Virus record (IMG/VR): IMGVR_UViG_3300037234_000438 | Location: 1 to 64,000 of that record | From: a virus | Strand: one strand, 5' to 3' | Length of the DNA stretch: 64,000 nt | Shown: positions 10,573 through 17,274 of the stretch, in pieces | Position numbering within the stretch: the first letter of the stretch is position 1 | Layout of the letters: every line of letters begins with the position of its first letter | The notes under the pieces: model-generated | The model's database searches: none | Told to the model about the DNA's origin: nothing | Seen by the model: the letters and a program-made list of their open reading frames with translations, nothing else | Program-made: the position numbers and the translations under genes

Positions 10573-11629
10573 GTTATACGAAGTCACTGTGCGTGAGAGC
10601 AAGGAGATTATGAAGGCCTGCTACAAGACCGATACTCCGGTTATTTTACGAGGAGGGCCTGGGATCGGCAAAACGAGTGGTTGTTCGCAGGCTGCAAAAG
10701 AGCTGAAGGTAGGCTGCAAAATAGAAGAAGGGTCGTCTCTCGACATTACCGATGTAAGGGGAGTACAAGTTCCCAATCTACAGGAGAAGACTGCCTTCTT
10801 CACAAGGCCACCTATCTTTCCTGATGCTGAGGTCGACGGAGCCGAGGGGTTTCTGTTAATCGATGAGGCCGCTGGCTGCATGGGTTCGTTACAGAAGGCC
10901 CTGCAGTCAATGTTTGACCTGAGGCGGATAGGAGTACATAAGTTACCAGAAGGCTGGCTTCCTGTGGCCACTGGCAATAGGGCTACAGACGATGCCGGAG
11001 CGTTCAATCTCTTGTCAACCTTTCAGGACAGGATGGTCTGTTTAAACATAAAGTCCTCCTTTCAAGAGTGGAAAGAAGACTTCGCGTTCCCCAACGGAGT
11101 CCATCACGACATAATAAGCTATTTGAATTTCTCCAAAAAGTCATTCAACACCTTTAGTGACAGAAAGAGAAATTCCGGCAACAAAGGCTTTGCTTCACCA
11201 AGAACCTACGCTATGGCATCCAGGTTTCTACATCTCAACCTCACTGAAGCCGTCCTGTTTCCCGTTTTAGTTGGACTTCTAGGGGAAGGTATAGCCTATG
11301 AGCTTACAGCCCACAGAAAGCTACATAAGGATCTTCCTGATATAGACAAAATCTACGCCGGCAAAACTGACGCTGTTCCTAAGGAGCCTTCTGCTTTATA
11401 TGTTTTAAGTGGAGCCCTTTATGGCTATTTAAGCAACCTCCCTAAAGGCCTGAAGCTGTCAGTAGCTATCGAAAGGCTCTTGGAATACTCACGACTTCTT
11501 CCGAGAGAGTTTGCTGTACTCACCATGAAAGACGTAATGGTGACATACAGGAAAGACGTAGAGAGGAGCAGGCAGTTCCCATCGTGGGCCAAGGAGTACA
11601 GATCTTTAATTCTTCCATCTGGAGACTAG
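10559..11629 (+). CDS. MoxR-like AAA+ ATPase
   Basis: Walker A GGPGIGKT, Walker B LLIDE, sensor ATGN, SPR motif; start placed at ATG 10559 after AAGGAGG. Confidence 0.88.
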   Translation: MSKSELYEVTVRESKEIMKACYKTDTPVILRGGPGIGKTSGCSQAAKELKVGCKIEEGSSLDITDVRGVQVPNLQEKTAFFTRPPIFPDAEVDGAEGFLLIDEAAGCMGSLQKALQSMFDLRRIGVHKLPEGWLPVATGNRATDDAGAFNLLSTFQDRMVCLNIKSSFQEWKEDFAFPNGVHHDIISYLNFSKKSFNTFSDRKRNSGNKGFASPRTYAMASRFLHLNLTEAVLFPVLVGLLGEGIAYELTAHRKLHKDLPDIDKIYAGKTDAVPKEPSALYVLSGALYGYLSNLPKGLKLSVAIERLLEYSRLLPREFAVLTMKDVMVTYRKDVERSRQFPSWAKEYRSLILPSGD

Positions 11630-11631
11630 CC

Positions 11632-12873
11632 ATGCCCTTTAGTGAAGCGCAAGACAAAATAGATATAGCGAAGGCCCGGTTAATAATAGACCATCCCTTC
11701 CTCGCAAGTATCGCCATGAGACTTAAGTGGATTGAGGACGAGAAAGCCATCAACCCCCTTAACGGCCAGCCTAAGATGATGGTGAATATAAAGGAGTTGA
11801 GATATCATCCTGACCTTGTGGCATCAATGAAGCAATCTGTAGTGCTGGGTTCCGTCTGCCACGAAATCATGCACCTCGTGTATCAGCACGTCCTCGACTG
11901 GCGAAGTGGCGAAGGTAAGGTGAGTATCATCTGGACCATGGCCCAAGAACAAGTCGTTAACGATGCGGTGTTGAATATGTTTAACGGAGGCAAATTCAGG
12001 TCAGCACTCCCAGAAGGAGTTATCTACGACGAAGGAGCCAGGGGGATGTACACTGAGGAGGCATACGATTATTTTCTCAATAAATACCCTGAAGCAAAAG
12101 ACAATCAGGAATCTCTTGCTAACATGTTAGGTGGAGACAGTGAGGATGGTGAAGACTCTCCTCTTATGAAGCTCGCCAAAGAAGTAGTTGAGAAAATGGT
12201 TGATCATCACGAAGCCGGGGAAGGCACTCTGACGGAACAAGAGCGTACTCAGCAAGAAAGAGAGATTAAGGCGCTGGTTGCCGAGGCTGCTGCGTGTGCA
12301 AAAGATGCTGGTAAAATGCCGGCTGGGTTGGAGAGGTATATTGATGAGTTTCTTGAGGCCAAAATACCATGGCAGCAGCACCTCGCCGAATTCACATGCT
12401 CTATGGCGAGGGACGATTTTAGTTTCAGAAGACCTGCACGTAAATATCTATATTCCGGGATTATATCGCCGTCAATACGCTCAGAACTGCTAGAGGTTGC
12501 CATTGCTTTCGACCTTAGTGGAAGTGTCGGCAGGGAAGAACAGATCGCAATGTACACTGAATTCAGAGGCATACTTGCTGCCTTTCCGAGCTACGTGATC
12601 CACTTGATGAGCTTTGACTATGTGATACAGAACTTCCAGACGATAACAACTGGGCAGGAAGCTGATCTCGAGGCTTTATTTAAGGGGGGAGGGGGAACAG
12701 CCTTCGAACCAATATTCTCCAAGCTTGCCGAGGAAGGCATAACTCCCAACTGTCTGATAATTTTGACCGATGGATATGCCTCATATAGTTTTCCAGAACC
12801 GGAATACCCTGTTTTGTGGACGCTGACTGAGAATCATAGCGAGCCCCCGTGGGGCAAAATTGCGCTCATGTAG
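11632..12873 (+). CDS. DUF2201-type metallopeptidase with C-terminal vWA domain
   Basis: HExxH (CHEIMHL), MIDAS DLSGS, GGGGT and ILTDG; usual partner of the upstream AAA+ ATPase. Confidence 0.88.
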   Translation: MPFSEAQDKIDIAKARLIIDHPFLASIAMRLKWIEDEKAINPLNGQPKMMVNIKELRYHPDLVASMKQSVVLGSVCHEIMHLVYQHVLDWRSGEGKVSIIWTMAQEQVVNDAVLNMFNGGKFRSALPEGVIYDEGARGMYTEEAYDYFLNKYPEAKDNQESLANMLGGDSEDGEDSPLMKLAKEVVEKMVDHHEAGEGTLTEQERTQQEREIKALVAEAAACAKDAGKMPAGLERYIDEFLEAKIPWQQHLAEFTCSMARDDFSFRRPARKYLYSGIISPSIRSELLEVAIAFDLSGSVGREEQIAMYTEFRGILAAFPSYVIHLMSFDYVIQNFQTITTGQEADLEALFKGGGGTAFEPIFSKLAEEGITPNCLIILTDGYASYSFPEPEYPVLWTLTENHSEPPWGKIALM

Positions 12874-12883
12874 GAACAATAAA

Positions 12884-13007
12884 GTCTATGGTCTTTGGGG
12901 CACTGAATCGGTGCCTGTGAGTAAAGCTACCTGCGGCTTAGTAGGCAATCGATATACACTATATATCGGGGACTGGGCTATGCTGAAGTATAGCCATTGG
13001 CATAGAC
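12884..13007 (+). ncRNA. retron-like msr/msd unit 1
   Basis: a1 GTCTATG (12884-90) / a2 CATAGAC (13001-07); unpaired G12891 then TC, opposite G13000; hairpin GGCAC-TGAATCG-GTGCC. Confidence 0.8.
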
Positions 13008-13019
13008 GAAAGGAGGTAA

Positions 13020-13058
13020 ATGTCGTTAGGTCAAAAAATAAAAGCATCTGCGGTCTAA
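13020..13058 (+). CDS. putative 12-aa mini-ORF (MSLGQKIKASAV)
   Basis: GAAAGGAGGTAAATG RBS/start nearly identical to that of the RT gene; its end overlaps a1 of unit 2. Confidence 0.35.
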   Translation: MSLGQKIKASAV

Positions 13059-13186
13059 GACGGAGTGCTGATTCGGCACTTTATTGAAAAAACAGTAGGC
13101 TCTAAACGTTGCACTAGGCGTTGCATTAAGTTTATAGCGACAAACTTAAAACAACCGCTCTCGCGAAGGAGAATTCCAAGGCGCAG
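13048..13186 (+). ncRNA. retron-like msr/msd unit 2
   Basis: a1 CTGCG (13048-52) / a2 CGCAG (13182-86); G13053 then TC, opposite G13181; hairpin AGTGC-TGATTCG-GCACT. Confidence 0.72.
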
Positions 13187-13199
13187 GAAAGGAGGTAAG

Positions 13200-14051
13200 A
13201 TGTCAAAAGAATACAAGATTTGGAAGATACCGAAAAGGCGGGGCGGTTCCAGAACCATCGAAAGCCCGAACGATGAGCTGAAGGCAGCTCAAAGAGAATC
13301 TATCGGCGAGCTACAGAAGAAATTGAAAATATCTCCCTTTGCATATGCTTTTCAGCCTTACAAAAGTATCGCATTATGCGCAATGGCTCACGTTGGCAAA
13401 GAGTGGATTGGATGTATCGATGTCAAAGATTTTTTTCCAAGCATTACCATTGAGAATTTTATGGAACACTCTCGCACAACTGATGCTATTAAGACGTGCG
13501 GCGATAGCATGAATTTCGAGAAAGACCTAAGACAACACTTCCACGATTTTAACGATGGGAAGGGTTGCCGATTGCCACAAGGGGCTCCCGGATCGCCATT
13601 GCTTTCAAACGCATACCTCCTTAAGGCTGACTGGCGGTTCGCTTGGCTCGCATACGCAAAAGGCGTGGCTTATAATCGCTACGCAGACGACTTAATTTTT
13701 TCCGGCCCCAACAGAGACGATATAGTCAAGCTAATCGGAGTCATCACTTCAATCCTCAAAAAGGATTACGATTTAAAGATCAATAAAAAGAAGACGAAGA
13801 TAATGCATCGTTCAAGGAGACAGTTGGTGGTAGGTTTATGCGTAAATGAAAAACTTAATCTCAAACGAGAGTACAGAAAAAATCTCAGAGCCAGAAAACA
13901 TCAAGAGATGTTGAAGCACGGCAAATACTCCCTGGAAACAAAAGGTATGATGGCATTCGAGGAGATGGTTCGTAATAACCAAAAGACTACTCATAGTAGT
14001 ATCGATATAATCAGTTCAATCATGATAGCAAAAGAACTTTCTGGAGGATAA
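13200..14051 (+). CDS. retron-type reverse transcriptase (283 aa)
   Basis: IDVKDFFPSI, LPQGAPGSPLLSN and RYADDLIFS; retron region X-like CAMAH (cf. NAxxH) and region Y-like VVGL (cf. VTG); ATG 13200 follows AAAGGAGGT. Confidence 0.93.
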   Translation: MSKEYKIWKIPKRRGGSRTIESPNDELKAAQRESIGELQKKLKISPFAYAFQPYKSIALCAMAHVGKEWIGCIDVKDFFPSITIENFMEHSRTTDAIKTCGDSMNFEKDLRQHFHDFNDGKGCRLPQGAPGSPLLSNAYLLKADWRFAWLAYAKGVAYNRYADDLIFSGPNRDDIVKLIGVITSILKKDYDLKINKKKTKIMHRSRRQLVVGLCVNEKLNLKREYRKNLRARKHQEMLKHGKYSLETKGMMAFEEMVRNNQKTTHSSIDIISSIMIAKELSGG

Positions 14052-14052
14052 T

Positions 14053-14218
14053 GTTTGTAGGTCGTAATAGCGACGGTGGATCGCCGTCTTGTTGGAAGAA
14101 CTTCCGCCGACTAATCCCGTGCTGCACACGGGTAGCAGTTTACCCCCCTGAACAATCGCTACCATTATTGAAGGGTTTCAACTCAGGTAGCGATTATCCT
14201 GTGGGCAAAGCTACAAAC
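14053..14218 (+). ncRNA. retron-like msr/msd unit 3
   Basis: a1 GTTTGTAG (14053-60) / a2 CTACAAAC (14211-18); G14061 then TC, opposite G14210; hairpin GACGG-TGGATCG-CCGTC. Confidence 0.85.
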
Positions 14219-14369
14219 TTATAGGTCGTAAGGACGATGATTCGTCGTCATGGAAAAAAACTACACTGGGCTAAAGGGCCCTTGATCATGATTCAATGGC
14301 CCTTGCAAGGTCTGGGCGTGCAGATAAATCGAAAACATAATTTATCATGCAGCACAGAAGCTATAAGTT
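14216..14369 (+). ncRNA. retron-like msr/msd unit 4
   Basis: a1 AACTTATAG (14216-24) / a2 CTATAAGTT (14361-69); G14225 then TC, opposite G14360; hairpin GACGA-TGATTCG-TCGTC. Confidence 0.85.
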
Positions 14370-14374
14370 GAGAC

Positions 14375-14519
14375 GGTTTGTAGGTCACAAGGGCAGTGAT
14401 TCGCTGTCTTGTCGCAGTGGTTAAGGGTATCCAATAGCCGCCAAAGCCGACGGCTAAAGATATTGTCACAAAATCAACCGAAATTTTCGATCGACATTGT
14501 GCCTTCAAAGCTACAAACC
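14375..14519 (+). ncRNA. retron-like msr/msd unit 5
   Basis: a1 GGTTTGTAG (14375-83) / a2 CTACAAACC (14511-19); G14384 then TC, opposite G14510; hairpin GGCAG-TGATTCG-CTGTC. Confidence 0.85.
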
Positions 14520-14520
14520 A

Positions 14521-14701
14521 ACGGCAATGGGTCATATATTCGATGCTGATTCGGCATTGAGAGAGAAATATTAACTGGGACTAACCTTGTAGCCCGCAGG
14601 CTGCGTCAATTCTGCACCGAAAAGAAGAAGGCTGAAGTCTTTTCTTTTCGTTTTGGCACTCCTTGCCTGCGGGCTACAGAAAGTTTAATAAGCCATGCCG
14701 T
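14521..14701 (+). ncRNA. retron-like msr/msd unit 6
   Basis: a1 ACGGC(A)ATGG (14521-30) / a2 CCATGCCGT (14693-701); G14531 then TC, opposite G14692; hairpin TCGATGC-TGATTCG-GCATTGA; 14-bp stem 14588-601/14665-78. Confidence 0.82.
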
Positions 14702-14711
14702 AAGGAGGAAG

Positions 14712-14951
14712 ATGGATAGGCGAGGAATGCTGATCAAGTTGCTTTCGTTTTGCACTGAGGAGGAGTGTGATATGTTTGCGAGAGTATTTCGCGACTATAG
14801 AGCACCTCTCAGATTGAAGCTTACAGCAGAGACAACTGTTAAGGAATTAGACCCTAGCGACCTCAGGCAAGCGATACTCTTAGTTAGGCGCACTATAAAA
14901 AAGAAATCCGAACTCGAACAAGCAATGATAAGAACTTTAATGAAAGAATAA
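14712..14951 (+). CDS. hypothetical protein embedded in the ncRNA array
   Basis: 79-aa ORF; AAGGAGG RBS directly after a2 of unit 6; stop codon is part of a1 of unit 7. Confidence 0.65.
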   Translation: MDRRGMLIKLLSFCTEEECDMFARVFRDYRAPLRLKLTAETTVKELDPSDLRQAILLVRRTIKKKSELEQAMIRTLMKE

Positions 14952-15099
14952 GCTATAGGTCTGTGTTGGGCGACGTTTCGTTGTCTTAGGATAATGTTTA
15001 TGATGGCTAAAGCCTGGCGAGCTCCAGGCTCGATAATGACGCCGTCGTGATTATGAAGCCGGGGGTAGGGCGCGCACAACGGCGTCATGCTATAGCTTA
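14949..15099 (+). ncRNA. retron-like msr/msd unit 7
   Basis: a1 TAAGCTATAG (14949-58) / a2 CTATAGCTTA (15090-99); G14959 then TC, opposite G15089; hairpin GGCGA-CGTTTCG-TTGTC. Confidence 0.82.
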
Positions 15100-15100
15100 A

Positions 15101-15195
15101 TGTGTGGGTCTTATGGATGTTGCTTCGACATCTGGAAGAAATATTGGCATGGACTATGCGTTTTCACCCACAGGCTGAAAGCCTAAAGCCACACA
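15101..15195 (+). ncRNA. retron-like msr/msd unit 8 (shortest)
   Basis: a1 TGTGTGG (15101-07) / a2 CCACACA (15189-95); G15108 then TC, opposite G15188; hairpin GATGT-TGCTTCG-ACATC. Confidence 0.82.
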
Positions 15196-15211
15196 ACAAA
15201 ATGGAGGCAAT

Positions 15212-15403
15212 GTGACCGACAAGGAACTGTATGATAAGATAAAGCCTCAGATGGAGGGCTGTGACGGAGGTATTGTCTGTGAGAGTCTGATGTACTACGA
15301 AAAGACTGGAGGCTTTAGGTTGATGCAACGAGGAGTGCTTCTGTATTACTTAAAAGTTCCACAAGTGTTTAGTATGGGAGGCCAAGATGACGGAGAAAAG
15401 TAA
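15212..15403 (+). CDS. hypothetical protein
   Basis: 63-aa ORF, GGAGG RBS, GTG start. Confidence 0.5.
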   Translation: MTDKELYDKIKPQMEGCDGGIVCESLMYYEKTGGFRLMQRGVLLYYLKVPQVFSMGGQDDGEK

Positions 15404-15671
15404 GGACTGTGGGCACGACGGGCCGAAAGGTATGTCGTGCAGGGTATGTGCCTCACCGGAGAAGCCATCGGTAACAGAGGTAAGGAAAGTAATAGTGATT
15501 GACGATTGTTCCAAGTGTCCGCTTACAGGCGGATGCAAGCCGTGGAAGGACCTTAGCGGAAAGCAAAAAGCAATTCTACTATTTGGCGTTGGTGTCGGGA
15601 AGTTTATTTTGAAAGGCTGCCCGTTGCCAGATAGTGATACGGAGCTGGAAGCGTTTGCCGGGTTAGATTAG
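15387..15671 (+). CDS. hypothetical Cys-rich protein
   Basis: CRVC, CSKCP and GCPL motifs; GGAGG RBS. Confidence 0.55.
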   Translation: MTEKSKDCGHDGPKGMSCRVCASPEKPSVTEVRKVIVIDDCSKCPLTGGCKPWKDLSGKQKAILLFGVGVGKFILKGCPLPDSDTELEAFAGLD

Positions 15672-15710
15672 ACAAGGACAACGAAAAACTTAACCAAAGG
15701 AGACATTAGT

Positions 15711-16010
15711 ATGGAATACGAAATAGGAGCCACAGCTTGTTACATAAACGATTATTCCTTTACTCACATAGCCGACATACCTGTCGAAGTGGCAGTTGAA
15801 TGGGTGAAGAAGGTTACTCCAGAAACAAGAATGAGCGCAACGGGAAATGTGCAGGCGAAAGACTTGACGGTTGGCGGCGATCCCGATACGGATGCAAATG
15901 TAAACGGATGGCTTAATAAGTTATTCGTACTGATTGCTTGCGATCATGGCAAATGGGTGGCTCTCTATAATCACGACGGTAGATTTTCGATTAGAGACAA
16001 AGCGATATGA
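15711..16010 (+). CDS. hypothetical protein
   Basis: 99-aa ORF, AAGGAG RBS. Confidence 0.6.
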   Translation: MEYEIGATACYINDYSFTHIADIPVEVAVEWVKKVTPETRMSATGNVQAKDLTVGGDPDTDANVNGWLNKLFVLIACDHGKWVALYNHDGRFSIRDKAI

Positions 16011-16184
16011 TAACAACTCAGAAGTTTAAACGTGGCAGACGCTTAGTTGTAAAACAAACGGAATACGGCATCTGGCCGGCAGTGGTGATGCTCATGCACA
16101 GGGAAGCTATGTGTTACGTCATATCTGTTATGGGGCACTTAAGGTGGGTGGCTCCGGTCGTGGTGTTGGCTAATTAATATTTAA

Positions 16185-16403
16185 TCCTTATGGTCAAAGC
16201 AACTGAGCTGGTGTTTCGCCAGCCTAAGAATAATGTGATCTCGGACTAAGCCTTCGAGCACGGAAAAGCTAACTCCGTTCAATCTTTTACGGGCTCGAGA
16301 TCAATAAATAAGGGTTTACTGAATATCGAATATCACGCTTCGTTTCTGCTGCGCTTCGCGGACTTAGAAATTCCATATTAATTAAACCCTTATCGCATAA
16401 GGA
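16185..16403 (+). ncRNA. retron-like msr/msd unit 9 (longest)
   Basis: a1 TCCTTATG (16185-92) / a2 CATAAGGA (16396-403); G16193 then TC, opposite G16395; hairpin GCTGG-TGTTTCG-CCAGC; 11-bp stem 16308-18/16383-93. Confidence 0.82.
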
Positions 16404-16409
16404 GATACT

Positions 16410-16586
16410 ATGAAGACAGTGTCATTCGACAAAGATAAGCTTGAGCTATTTAAGGCTAAGTACGAGGAAAGCAAGGGTCGTGGAGCTAACCACGTATTCA
16501 AGTTCGAAAGTGACGAATACTTAGTATCGTATGCAAAATATCTAATCGAATATCTCGAGGGAGAGGTTGGTGAAAAAGAAAACTGA
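16410..16586 (+). CDS. small hypothetical phage protein (58 aa, below ORF-track cutoff)
   Basis: MKTVSFDKDKLELFKAKY...YAKYLIEYLEGEVGEKEN; AAGGAG RBS overlaps a2 of unit 9. Confidence 0.55.
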   Translation: MKTVSFDKDKLELFKAKYEESKGRGANHVFKFESDEYLVSYAKYLIEYLEGEVGEKEN

Positions 16587-16760
16587 GAGGATGGAGGTGA
16601 TGGTAAGAGCTATGCATGCCGGTAAGATAGCTTTCCATGATGCCGCTAAAAGCATGAAGTTGTTCAGCGAGGCGATGAGCGCCCTTGGCAGTTTCCCGCC
16701 CAAAAGAAAAGAACATCCCTTGGAAATCGCAGTAAGAAAAGCAACGGAAAAGGAGGACTG

Positions 16761-16973
16761 ATGGCTAGTAAAAGTTGTGGAGCATTTCTGGAAGGCAATG
16801 TTATCGTCTGTCCTACATGCTTTATCCCAACGAAACAGATCTCTGGGCCACTAGGCGTTCCAGAAAAAGATCATGACGAAATTATACGGGAATGTCAGGA
16901 ATGCGGAATGGAGCTTTCGATTAGATATTATCCATGCCTGAAGATAACGCAAAGGCTCGGCTATGAAGCGTAA
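16761..16973 (+). CDS. small Zn-finger protein
   Basis: CPTC...CQEC; AGGAGG RBS. Confidence 0.55.
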   Translation: MASKSCGAFLEGNVIVCPTCFIPTKQISGPLGVPEKDHDEIIRECQECGMELSIRYYPCLKITQRLGYEA

Positions 16974-17274
16974 AAAGAAGAGTCGCTCTCTCGAGAACGT
17001 CGAGATAACGGAGCATGCCATCTTTCAGTTTTACAAGAGAGTAGTTGCCTTGGGAATGACTCCGCCGGCAGACGTCGAGCAGACTAGACAGTGCATCGTG
17101 GAGCTACTCAAAAAAGCCAAGCCCGACTCTAAGATTAGTGAGGCCAGAAAAGTGCAGAGGATTATCTCTAATAAGTTCAAGGAGGCCAATTACTACCTGT
17201 CTGGAGGTTGGAGGCTTATCATCGTAAACGAGAAAGTGGTAACCATAGAACGTAAGAAATCGAGCGAAAACTAA
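16963..17274 (+). CDS. hypothetical basic protein
   Basis: ITEHAIFQF...WRLIIVNEKVVTI pattern reminiscent of small RNase-fold proteins; not confirmed. Confidence 0.5.
   Translation: MKRKKKSRSLENVEITEHAIFQFYKRVVALGMTPPADVEQTRQCIVELLKKAKPDSKISEARKVQRIISNKFKEANYYLSGGWRLIIVNEKVVTIERKKSSEN

Noticed and set aside
13065-13199. 45-aa N-terminal extension of the RT in the ORF track
   Set aside because: It runs through ncRNA unit 2 and has no clear RBS; the ATG at 13200 has a perfect AAAGGAGGT RBS and starts at the typical retron RT N-terminal motif (YKIWKIPKRRGGSRTIESP).
14282-14296. FNR-box-like TTGATCATGATTCAA in unit 4 cargo
   Set aside because: It is an imperfect match to TTGAT-N4-ATCAA and is explained by the hairpin; too weak to call an operator mimic.
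14210-14510. Exact 150-nt spacing of the 3' junction G in units 3, 4 and 5
   Set aside because: The other six units do not keep it; probably coincidence or a relic of duplication.
13200-14701. Diversity-generating retroelement
   Set aside because: I found no template/variable repeat pair differing at adenines and no Avd-like gene; the RT motifs are retron-like. This was checked by eye only, so a self-BLAST would be decisive.
12874-14701. Group II intron
   Set aside because: The RT is only 283 aa with no maturase domain, and no GUGYG 5' end or domain V hairpin was recognisable.
14053-14701. CRISPR array
   Set aside because: There are no identical direct repeats of 23-50 nt; conservation is structural, the units are 95-219 nt, and there is no cas operon. 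The Cas4-like nuclease at 53015 sits in the recombination module.
12860-15088. ORF-track ORFs 12860-13087(+), 13055-13258(-), 14293-14535(-) and 14795-15088(-)
   Set aside because: They lack convincing RBSs and overlap structured ncRNA units or better-supported genes, so they are probably spurious.
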